The notes under the pieces are model-generated. The model was not told where the DNA came from. It did not search any database and was given only the letters and a program-made list of their open reading frames with translations. DNA of 64,000 bases from Cirrosporium novae-zelandiae (lineage: Eukaryota): the NCBI GenBank assembly GCA_026023565.1, contig JAPETS010000019.1, positions 124,001 to 188,000 of the forward strand. Reading direction: 5' to 3'. The translations under genes and the position numbers were made by a program. This document shows positions 1 through 11,038 of this stretch, one piece after another (position 1 is the stretch's first letter; each line of letters opens with the position of its first letter).

Positions 1-2925
1 CTATGCAATTCCTGCTTGGACTTTCTTCTGAGTGAGCATCTCCATAGAAGTGCGCACTTTCGAGGAAGACAGTTGATAAATCGCGTTTGGAACCCCCCCT
101 CCGATGACTTTCTAGCCTCATATCCTTTTTTTGATTATGCTGTGCTTTATTGGTCCGACTATGCTCTCGATGTATTTGAGACGTTTGATCACTCAAAATC
201 CCAAGTACACCAGCCGGAAGTACCCCAGTTGGAAAGGAAAATTTCGAAATTCAGCCAACAAGAGTTCTCTACTATCTGGCTTGAAGAGTATATTCGACAA
301 GTCACAGTGGAATTTGCATACTATACATTTTCACGATTTCAAGGTATAAGGTTGCTTAGCCCCGACCTTGTAAATTGGACACTCTCAATCAAAGACACTT
401 TGAATAACTTTGGACTCACTATCTCGAAAAAACCGCAAACAATACATAGGTATTCGAATACAAACTCATCATATATTCGACGAAACAAAATAATACAAGA
501 GACACATTACTTTAACTCTGGTGATGATAATATTAAGTCCGATGACCAAAGAACAACAATGGAAAAGGCTGATCGAGCATGGCTTGAGTACGAACCTCGC
601 TCAGGCAGTCTCTACTCTGCAAGATATATTGCTGATACCATATCATTAAGTCGGGTTACCTTAGACACCAAGGCAAGATATCGAGCAGCCATCGACGCAG
701 GAGAAGTGAGCCCCGCTGGAAAATGGGTTGTTCGATCCGCAGTCATCCGAGATAGAGGTAGCTTTATTGCGATTACCTTTTGTCCTTTGGGGAGAGGAAA
801 CGTGCCCGATCTACTGTTTTTGCGTACAGTTTGTTGGAGTGTCATATCTGGTCATGATAGCAAGAGCAATAGTAGATGGGCCGAAATCGCTTTTATTGAC
901 CGCCTGGAAGACCCCGGCTGTTCTATATTCAGACATATTGTTCCATCGTTTTCCATCGTCGATGGACGAGCTGACGTTGTAGCGTTCGGTGACAGCCATA
1001 CGCTTATTGCTCCTGGAGGGATTTGGAATATACTTACAGAAGAAAAGGTTGCTCGCCCTACTGCGATATATGAACCTGACCCGAGCCTGAAGGTGTCATA
1101 TACATGTTTCAGTGGAAATGGTAATCGGGTTGCCAGGGTCAGTCATCAAAGTGAGCTTCAGGTACTCGACATCAAAGGAAATATCCTCTTGCGCCATGAA
1201 TTTCCAGTCCTAAAATCAGAAGACCAAAGCGTTCATATTCTTGCCTTTAGCCCTTCCGGCAAAAAGCTTATTCTTTGGTTCAGAGAAGACTTACGACAAA
1301 ATGATGGGGCTTTTGAAGCATTCAAGTCCCGGCGGCTTTGTTTCTACGCTGATGAAGGAAGATGTGTAGAGCTCCATACCCCCCCGAAACTTACGGCTTT
1401 ACAATTCCCTAAGTTCAATAAAGGGGAGAACTTTATCATTGGCAGGATCCCTGAAATCAGATATAGCGAAACAGACACAAATACCTTGGAAGGTAGTTCT
1501 ATCGCTTTGTGGACCTTGCCCCTTGACCCCGCTTCCGATTCCGAGGCCCAGATGGTCTTTCTCTTCAAAAGCATTACTACCAGATTGACGTTTTCATTTA
1601 TGTGGAATAAAGCCGCCCGTGAACAAATGGTTATACTCGCAGATTCTGATGGCTCCATACATCAGCGACCCTTGAAGCAGCAGTGGTCAGCAGACGAGGA
1701 GGAAGCCTTGCTTAGTTCGCGCCACTTCCTCACTGCAGGTGGTAAATCTATTCAGTGTATTTCAAGTGACGGATCAAAGTTACATATGGCTTTGTGCTCT
1801 AACATTAAGTGAGTTGTATAACGATTCTACGAATCTTACCCTCTAACACGCATAGCTTGACTTCACCAAATCTTACCTACGAGTCCTGGACGCTCGGGAC
1901 TCGACCACCGCATCTTATTATGCGACTTTCTGATACGCCCAAAGCCTCCGATTGTAGCGACATATCACTGAGCCACGATGCTCGATATATAGGTGCCAAA
2001 GGGCAACTATTTTCTGTGGATGATTTTCATCTCAAAAGAATTCCTATTGCTATAAACCAAACGTACGAGATTATTAGCATAACCTTCTGCGGCGATGAGT
2101 CAAGGTTTGCATTGGTCGGAAGGTCTAATGAAAACGTCTTTTTGGAAATTTACACGGTAGAAATCCTTAAAGAATTTACAATGACCGTAAATAGTACTGG
2201 GGATCTCGCTGAGATCAGGGTCACATTTGACCATGCTAATCCATCATTGTTGATCTATTCCTTCTGGACTTATACCACGGACGCAGCGACCTATGTATTA
2301 GATTTTAACCAGAATGATGTTATACCAACACATATCACTGGTTAGTATCTCTCTCCTTGTTTCGACAATGGCTAATTCTATAGCTGAATTTTGGGATCAT
2401 CCTCAAATATCCTTATGTGGGAAATACGCGTACAATGTGGACCGGGCTGTTCTTTCCGACAATATAGCATGGCCAACTCTATTCCTACTGAGTTCAATAT
2501 CAACCACTCACTCTCAAGTGAAAAGGGCCTCCCGCCCTACAATACTTCGGAGGGATTCCTGCTACGTTCATAAAAACCGCATGTTCCGCTTCCGCCCCGA
2601 TAAAGGCTCGGGCCTAGATAGCGGCTTTATATTCCTCGACGTTTTGAACATTGGCGAATTTGGTACGTTCAGCTCCAGGACTCGTATAATTTGTGTCAAA
2701 CCCGATGAACACTTGAAAAATGCGTCAAACGATTCAGTTATGATCTGGCCCCCAGAAAATGCAGAGGATGATGAAGTCAAGTTTCTCATGCTCCCTACCG
2801 GGAACCCTGTACTTATTAGGACGGGAATTCGTTCAGAGGAGCTACTCCAACAGGAAGACGAATGGGTTGCTAATCCATCGAGCCCGGATGATATAATAGC
2901 TATTCGTACTGTACCTGAATGGTGA
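1..2925 (+). CDS. 3' part of a large probable NACHT-type NTPase (fungal NLR-like) protein with a degenerate C-terminal beta-propeller; 5' end lies outside the window
   Basis: ORFs 16-1812, 1809-2345 and 2314-2925 join in frame via introns 1809-1855 (GTGAGT..CTAAC..CATAG) and 2341-2383 (GTTAGT..CTAAT..TAG). 'YPFFDYAVLYWSDY..WLE' resembles the post-NACHT helical region. Repeated WD-like strands follow ('CFSGNGNRVA', 'LAFSPSGKKL', 'ISSDGSKL', 'TFCGDESRFA'). The NACHT domain itself is not visible. Confidence 0.6.
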
Positions 2926-3249
2926 AATATGCATGTGAAAATGGAAATTTGGATGATAGTACAACTCTCTCGGGTCATGACCACCTACCACTACCAAGAT
3001 GAAATCACGACTCAAGTACTTGTACCAATCAAGCAAAATTGATCTGATAGTATACAGTGCCCAAGCAAATTTGATCTAGAGCTTAGCCGCGTCGTGCATT
3101 TTGCATTAGAAGTCCAGATTGCTTACAACCCAAGGATACGTTGTTAGATTATAATACTCAACTTTGTCATGTTTGATCGATATCAACATTATAACACCAG
3201 TTTCTTCATGTTCGGGGTTTACGTTTTGTCTGTACTATCCTAGATGTTT

Positions 3250-3860
3250 ACCCATCAATAATTTTGAATATTACTTCAATCCCTATGATGACCTATATAT
3301 TACCAGTCATGGAGACAGACTGTTCGCTGATCCTTGTATTGCTTCTGCCCCTGACTACAAGATGCATGGCTAATCCTTCTGTCTTGCCCCAGACCTTGAT
3401 TGGCCGAATGGTCTCGCCTCTTTCGCCCCAATGCTAGATGCAGCAAGCTATCGCTTTCGACCCTCGACTGGCTCCATCTCAATTGTAGAAGATACTCTTC
3501 ACTCACCGAACAGAATATCCTTCTCTCCTGGCGGTCGCACAACATATATTTCAGACACAGCTCTTATATTCTCCACGTCAACCTCTCAAGATCCACCGAC
3601 AGCATATTCATCATCTAATTATACCCTCTAACTAACTATATACGCCTTCGATGTCGTATCCAATGGTACAGGTTTAAGCGACCGATATATAGGGGCCAGC
3701 TGTAGTTACCTAATAGGTTGAAGGCTTCGAGGGAGGGGTATATTTGACAGACCCTAGAAATGGAGTCGACGTTCTGGGGAAGATTCTAGCACTCTTTAGA
3801 CTGTTAGTATGGGGGTCGTTAGCCGGGGGAGGATGAATTTAAAGGGACTATTTTGACGTA
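3250..3860 (+). pseudogene. Decayed SMP-30/gluconolactonase (lactonohydrolase) family gene
   Basis: Family-like fragments in different frames: 'YFNPYDDLYITSHGDRLFADP', 'YRFRPSTGSISIVEDTLHSPNRISFSPGGRTTYISDT', 'TIYAFDVVSNG', 'NGVDVL'. They are separated by stops and frameshifts. Confidence 0.7.
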
Positions 3861-4226
3861 GACGAGTAATGTTTGTTAGAGGTACTTTGTATTTGTATAA
3901 TTGTATGAATGGTTATATTGAAGATGAGGTTTGGTCAGAGGAAAAGATAATTAAGCTCTAGTGCCTAAATTGGATTAGGCATCATTTAGTCAATGGCGGA
4001 ATATTTCGGCAACGTCATTGTTGCCCAACAAGCCAGGCAATGAGGGGCTGACCCCTCCAATTTTGATAACTTGTACTGTCTAACTCAGGGCTGGCTTGCA
4101 TTTAATTTCAAAAAGTAGACAGCTTTTACTTTATTGTTTGCGCTTCATCATCGCCAATATTAAGACCTCATCGCTTGCCGATTACTCCTCTCTGTTTTGT
4201 CGTCTCATGACATTTAATTTGCGATC

Positions 4227-5872
4227 ATGTTCTCTAGCCCGGTAAGCAAGCATCTTCATTTTTCACTGTACGCTATTCATTACAAGTGTTTGATTGCCTT
4301 GTAACCTGGTGAAGGGTATTTGCGTAGTTTGTGTTTTACTGGCCCTGGTGTTGTTTAATCTGCTACTTTTTATTTTCACCATTATTGGAAGTTGCCCCCC
4401 TCAAACGAGCCTTGATATGTCACCAGGCGTTTGACCAAAAAACAAGATAACCCACGTACAATTTCTATGTATCCCCTCCTGTTCGGAATCTCTATTAGAA
4501 GAAATGTGTCCACGACGAAGTCTTTCCTAACACGAGAACAGAAACCTTTCTCGGCTGTCACAGTCCAGATTGACCAGCTAACCAGCGAGGAATTTGAAGA
4601 GAATGATCTAGGTGGAATTCCAGATCTGATTGAAGTCATTCGTCTTCAGTCCACAGGGCCCACTGAAGCTGCGAGAGCTCTCAGGAAGAAACTGTGAGTG
4701 GTGCTCGGATAAGAGCGCCATTTATATTATCTACTAACAGCATGAAACAGCAAATATGGGAATGTCCACCGCCAACTGCGAGCTCTAACGCTCCTCGATG
4801 GTCTTATTCAGAATGCTGGTCCTCGATTTCAAAGGGTCTTTGCCGATGAGCCACTGCTGGAGCGGCTACGAGTGGCAGGTGTGGATCCAGTATCTGACCC
4901 TGAAGTTAAAGCCAAATGCAGGCAGCTTTTTGGGCAATGGGCAGTTTCTTATAAAGGCACACCGGGAATGGAGGGAGTCGCCGCGCTATACCGCCAGCTA
5001 CCCCAACGGAAAAAACCAGCCCGACAACAGCCATCCAAGGTGCTTAAAGAGACTGAAGCAGAGGCTGGATTTGGTACCACTACTACCATTACTGGAGGGG
5101 TCCACAGTCCGACTTCCTCAATCTCGGGTCCATCAAGGCCTTTATCGCTTTCCGCAACGCCTAGCCTTCTATCACCCACAAAAAACAAGAATAAGAAGGA
5201 GAAGACGAAGCCCTTTAACCTTGAAAAGGAAAAGCCCGAATTACAGAAAGCCATTGGCCTAGCTTCTGTTGCAAGTACTAACCTTATGAATGCGCTCAAG
5301 TTCATTAACCGTGAAAATAACCGAGTAAGTGAAGACAAGGAAGCTTCGAAACGGTTCGAGGAGTGTAAGCAGTTGCGAAGGCAGATCTTGGGTTATATTC
5401 AGCTTATAGAGAGCGAGCAGTGGCTTGGCAGTCTTATCCATGCAAATGATGAGCTTGTTACCGCTTTAAGGGCATTCGAACTTTTAGATAAGAGCATTGA
5501 AGATGATAGCGATAGTGAGGATGCTTGGGAAGACAGTTCCGCTGTTAAATCAAGTAGTGCTGGAAAACAAGATGCTGCGGACGCACTTGCAGGGCTTCAT
5601 TTACAATCCCCTTCTTCGCCAAAGTCAAAGCCTCCGAGACCACTCAGTATTCCCATTCCTCCACCTCCTGCTAACGGGAAGGAAAGGTTACAAGAGAGCG
5701 AGAGTGAGAGCGAGGAATCGGAGGTAGAAGAGGAGGATGAGAATGATCCCTTTGCGGATCGGAATGCTGTTGCCGGAACCACCCCTTCATCTGAAAAGCC
5801 GGGAATGATCTGGTAAGCTCTACAAAATCTAATAACGAGCAAAAGCTTATGAACTATAGGCGAGAGGTTTGA
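4227..5872 (+). CDS. LSB5: VHS/GAT-domain endocytic adaptor, Lsb5 ortholog
   Basis: Exons 4227-4241 (MFSSP), 4542-4693, 4751-5812, 5860-5872 with canonical splice sites. 'GPTEAARALRKKLKYGNVHRQLRALTLLDGL' (VHS), 'GSLIHANDELVTAL' (GAT) and a C-terminal 'DENDPFAD'. Confidence 0.92.
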
Positions 5873-6877
5873 TTTGGATACCCCTTGTGCATATGAAGAC
5901 TGAGATTTATGTGGGAATGCGATGGATGGCAGCGTTTGATATTGGAGTCTGGAACCCCTGGACGAGACTCATGGCATTCGGCGATATTGATTTCTCACCA
6001 ACTTCTTGAGCCTGGCTGCCGGAAGTGCCCTACCTACATTATTTGTCATTGCTAGAGACAATTCGAATTATGAATATCAACTATTATATATCCATTGTTG
6101 GGAAGATATGATTGATTAGGCCCTCATCCTTGGCGAAAATTGCAGGCGTCCGACACGTGCTCAGCCCAGACTCCAAAACAACTTTGTTAGAGTTCAAAGT
6201 CAAATGCGACAACTACGCCATCGTGCCTCATCAACATATGACTTGATTGCCATGCTTCACCTGATGTCTACTAAATTACACAGTATGATTTAGAGCATTT
6301 TACGTCAGAATGGAAAAATGTCGGATTACTCTTTTTGGAAATCCTGACCACTCTTTAAGTTGGATAATGACAAGAGGATGTATTACCGGAAACGTTGATT
6401 CTCTTTAACCCAGCTTCAACAGCCATCCATATACTCCATTAACCAATCCTTGCAATCGACTACAAGCCTATATCGGATTCCTAATTATCCAGCTTTTATT
6501 TTCTCTTCACATTCTCATCTAGGGACCCTGTCGCATCTTTCGTATATCTCGTCGCAAAACCCCACAAAAACATATTTGAGCTCCAAGAGTTAGAATAAAG
6601 ACACCACATTCATCCCATCCTAATACCTATATCAAAAACATACGAAAAAAAATGTGTTTCGGAAGGAGTTCTGTGCGTGGTCCCAAAATTCCCGACCTGA
6701 TCGAGAACGATGCGCTTCAGCCGGTTCGTCCGGTCGCGACTTCCAACTCTTATACTCTAGTCTATCCTCCAATCAAAGTACGAGATAGTGAAGAGGCTAT
6801 GAAGAAAAAAATAAAGTAGAAGCGATATTCGGGGGGGGGCAAATACTCGAAAGGTTGGAATGGTAGGAGGTGTCGAG

Positions 6878-6907
6878 GTTGTTGTTGTTGTTGTTGTTGT
6901 TGTTGTT
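6878..6907 (+). repeat. (GTT)10 microsatellite
   Basis: Ten perfect GTT units. Confidence 0.95.
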
Positions 6908-7262
6908 GGAGGAGGTATATAATGACTACAAATGACAAGAAAGAAAGAGTGGAGTTGGATCAGGTGGTTCCGTTTACAAGGCCTGCATAAGCTGAAGAAT
7001 GTGGATGTCAAAAGCCAAGAGATGTCTCGATAAGCCTAAGCCAGATGAAGGATTAAGCTACCTGCTTCAAGGATTCTGTTTATGGAGATTATTCATGAAA
7101 GCGGGCCGTGATATATTCAGTGATTATTATTGTATGTATGAGCACTGAGATTTTGTTAATGGCTTGTCTCCTGAGCCCCATTTAATGTCCTAAAGGTAAC
7201 CGTCGACGGCGTTGCTTGAACGCGAGATCCACGGCTTAAATATCCGGTCAAAGACAGACAGA

Positions 7263-8451
7263 CTAAGCGAACGAAGTAACTTCAAGCTTTCTCTCTCTTA
7301 TTTCATCAATTGCACCTCTATTTCGTACTGATTCAAATCTCTCTGTCATATGTTCCTCCACAGTATATTTCTCTTGCTGTGGAATCGGGCCATCGATGAT
7401 TGGCTTCACCACGAAATCGAGTGCGCCATCCAGAAAACATGGCATGCTGTACCTGTGTTTATCCGTGGTGTTTATGACACGATGAACGGAAGATTTGTAA
7501 AGTCCGGATGTCATCTTGGTGAACATGTCGCCGATATTAACAATCTGACAATAAAACCCCTTGAATTAGGATTATTCAATTCAATGTCTGTATTGATGTG
7601 ACATGGTTCATAAGAACTTACATATGCATCCGAATTGGGTACCACATCGACCCACTCTCCTCTATCCAAGATCTGCAGTCCGCCAATCTCATCTGTGAGG
7701 AGCAATGTCAACGCTCCAAAATCTGTATGTGCCCCCGTGCCTAGCTGTCCCTTCTCCGACTCCTTCATAGGCGGATAATGCAACAACCTCACTGCCCTCA
7801 AGCTATCCTCACAATACGGTTTAAAGCAGGTTTCAAAATCAACATCCAATGTCAAAGCCAGAATCTTCATAATTTCTATGGAGATGGGACAGACAGTGTC
7901 GAAATATTCCTTCATCGTCGTGCTAAATGTCGGCTCGAGCGCGCTTGGCCAGATATTAGGTCCGGTGAGTATTCGCTTTCTCTGGACATGTGGATCATTA
8001 ATCTTCTTTTCGACACCCATTTGGAAGCCCTGTTGAATAAAGGTGATTTTGGTTAATAGATTTTCGGGATCATTCTACAACATCACTATAGCTCGCGAGT
8101 AGGCTACAGCAAACCAGGATTAATATCTCGACATACCTCCTTCACATCCGCCCCCTTTCCTTCCTGTGCCCCTTCTCCCCCAATCATTTGATATCCCCTA
8201 TGACTCTTACCCCAGCTCTTTTCTTCAGAAAGCTCCAATTTTTGTTCCAACGGGAGATCAAAGAACCTCCGCGATTGTTTGAACACGCGATCTTGTAGCT
8301 CACGAGAAACGCCATGACCGGTTATCAGGAAAAATCCATGGTCGAGACAGGCCTGTCTCATGGGCCCGAGGATTACTTTGCGATCGTCATCCGTGAAGTC
8401 GGATGGATGTAGGAATGGACTGACGTCTATGGTTGGGACAATAGTTGACAT
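7263..8451 (-). CDS. 2-oxoglutarate/Fe(II) oxygenase, DIOX_N + 2OG-FeII_Oxy (IPNS-like; HxnY/CitB-type)
   Basis: Exons 8451-8137, 8029-7622, 7544-7263. Motifs 'VPTIDVSPF', 'ACLDHGFFLITGHGV', 'RLLHYPP', 'GAHTDFGALTLL' (HxD), 'IVNIGDM', 'HRV' and 'RYS'. Confidence 0.92.
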
Positions 8452-8976
8452 GGCTATCGTAACTATGGGGGAAATGTACCGGTGAAAGGTTAACAGCAGT
8501 TAGTTACAGTGGCCACCTTGACAGACATGGTGGGCCTAAATGGCTTTAATCTTCCTACCATATTTCAGTCATGGTCGCCGTTAAACCAAGGTTGATTGTG
8601 GACGATAAGTAAAACCCCCACCATTACTGTACTACATATATGCGATAAGCAATAATCATCTGCAATTATTATTTAATTGGCCCCCAAGCCATGCGGGCAA
8701 CCCCCCCAGGTTCTGATCGACAGGGATTCTCCCCCTGAAACTCGGCCGAGTTTCTTACTCTTCTTATCTTCCGCATAAATCCATCCTTTCATCGTCATCG
8801 TATCTCTAGCTATTCACGTGGGACTTTACCATCAGCGATTGGGAAGCTCCTAACTTGCCAGCGCCTATGCTATGAAGATACTATTTTACACGTCTTCCCG
8901 AAGTTTTGGAAAAGTAGCTGGTCGTCGATACCATCATTAATATTCAATATTTTATTTCGACCAGGTTATCTCAACA
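8452..8976. promoter_or_regulatory. Bidirectional promoter with GATA sites and a perfect 18-bp palindrome GAAACTCGGCCGAGTTTC (8737-8754)
   Basis: 525 bp between two divergent ATGs. CGATAAG at 8603 and 8643, CTTATC at 8763. The palindrome contains inverted CGG triplets, typical of Zn2Cys6 sites. Confidence 0.6.
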
Positions 8977-10378
8977 ATGCCCCACTTCCACGAACCCCTC
9001 CTCGTTTCCCCTCTCCCCCCCTCCCTCCGCAAATCCTCCAGAGTCGGCGCAACTATAACACTCCCTCAATCCATGCCCCTCCTCTCCCTCTCCTCTCTAA
9101 CCCCAGCCGATAAAGAAACGCTCCGCAACGCCGTCTTCAACCACGGTGTCGTAGTAATCCCCAACCAACAAGGAATCGAACCTACCCTCCTCCCCGAGCT
9201 CGCGAAAATATTCGACGACACGGCACAGGATATCCATTCTGGTGGGAGGAAACAGGTTACCGATACCAAGAATATTCTGGCGCAGAATCGGGGCGCCAGG
9301 ATACCGAGGGCGCCGCAGGTTAGTGTTATTGGGAAAGGGAGGTTTCGGGGATATGAGGGTTTGGTGGGGGATTTGGATCTGAAGCATGTGGATCATACTG
9401 AATTTCATGATGAGCCGCTTACGCAGGAGGAAATTGATGCTGGGTTTACACGTCCGTACCGCTGGCATATGGATGCTCCGCTTTATGAGAATTTACCGGG
9501 GAGGGTTACGACGCTGCATTCAATCCGGAATCCGGATCTCCTCCCTGATCAGAAGATCAGGTTTCCGGATGAAAGGATAATGGATATACCCGCTGGAGCA
9601 ACGGCTTGTGAGTTGTTTCTTCTCTTAGTGCCAAAAAAAAAACAATTGCAAAGCGTAAATTTTACCTAATTGGCTGCTGCGCTTACATTTTAAGTATTGT
9701 ATGTTAGTCTTCTCCGGAGCACGAGCCTTTGAGCTGCTATCCCCCGAAGAGAAGGAATTCGCTTTGAATACGACGGTGCAATATGCACCGCGTGCGTACG
9801 AATGGATGCGCGATTGCAAAGCTACGGCTGATGGAATTACGATTGTACGCACCGGGAATGAGAAGCCTTTGGATGAATTGCCGGAGTGGACGTGGGATAA
9901 AGTGCAGGCATTCCCGGTATTTCATCCCGATCCCATCCTATCCTATCCCATTCCATTCCAACAAACCAACAAACCCCCCAATTAATTAACTGACTAACCA
10001 AATCCACCCACCCACCCATAGATGGTCTGGAAAAACCCCAGCACCAACCAACCGCACCTCCAAGTCCTCGGCTGCTGCGTCTACAAACTCACAACCACAA
10101 ACCCCTCCACAGGCTCCAAAACCACCATCTCCAATCTCGACGAAGTGCGTGGGATTTGTCATAAGCTTATTCGGAAAGTTTATTCTCCTGAGAATATATA
10201 TGCGCATCGGTGGAGGGAGGGGGATTTGGTTGTTTTTCATAATTGGGGCGTGTTGCATAGTATTACGGGGAGGTTGTTGGGGGAGAAGGGGGATGGGGAG
10301 GATGGAGAGGATGGGGAGAGGAGGTTGCTTTGGCAGTGTAGTATGGCTAGTGGGACGGCACCTGTGGGGTTTAGGTAG
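8977..10378 (+). CDS. TauD/TfdA-family alpha-ketoglutarate dioxygenase, divergent XanA (xanthine dioxygenase) paralog
   Basis: Exons 8977-9607, 9708-9916, 10022-10378. 'RPYRWHMDAPLY' (HxD), 'PMVWKNP', 'WREGDLVVFHNWGVLHSITG', 'RRLLWQC'. Collinear with the xanA at 30.5 kb. Confidence 0.88.
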
Positions 10379-10616
10379 GAGGGTATAAACACTAGGGGAG
10401 GGGGGGCAAGTTTGAGTGCGGTCACAATATCTTTTGCCTTAGGCTAGAACTGACTGCACTGAGCATTCTACCGAGGAATGCTTTATTAAACACCCCTAAT
10501 TCTCGACTGTTGTTATATATATTATACCTTAAGACCCCCCAATCTCCCCAAGGTCCGAATACCCAAATTCGGCCTCCCGAGTCGATTCAAACTAAATCCT
10601 TTTTCCGCTTACGAGT

Positions 10617-10650
10617 TTTATATTATATTATATATATATATATATTATAA
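10617..10650. repeat. (TA)-rich microsatellite flanked by imperfect inverted repeats (about 10535-10551 and 10666-10682)
   Basis: TTTATATTATATTATATATATATATATATTATAA, with CCCCCCAATCTCCCCAA upstream and TTGGGGGAGATTAGGGG downstream. Confidence 0.6.
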
Positions 10651-11038
10651 CTGGGGATGGAGGAGTTGGGGGAGATTAGGGGATTGGGGATCCTCCACCG
10701 TACTAGGGATTATTTGGCCTGCATAACGTAACTGGCCTGGAGTTGGACAACAATAAGGAGTTTGTCATTTCGCCAGCATTTGGTCCCTTGGCATTAGAGG
10801 TCGGAAGCTAGGAGCAACCGACATGTGAAGAAAGTGATTAACTCCCGGCCGTTGTTCAACCCTAGGTCAGTTATGTTATATAATGCCTAAAAATCAACAC
10901 AGATCTCACTGTAAGCGGTTAGCACGTTCATTGGTATTTTACTTAATGGCTTACACCTGCTGTGCATCAGTATCCTATGCACGGGCGTACCCTGGTGAGG
11001 TTTGGCATACCTTGGTTAATACTAATGAATGTGGGCTC

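Noticed and set aside
3030..3077. 16-bp direct repeat CAAGCAAA(A/T)TTGATCT x2
   Set aside because: Only two copies in a 3' region; not an array and no functional context.
4242..4541. snoRNA or structured RNA in the 300-nt LSB5 intron
   Set aside because: Only an 8-bp inverted repeat (CCTGGTGA/TCACCAGG); no clear C/D or H/ACA boxes.
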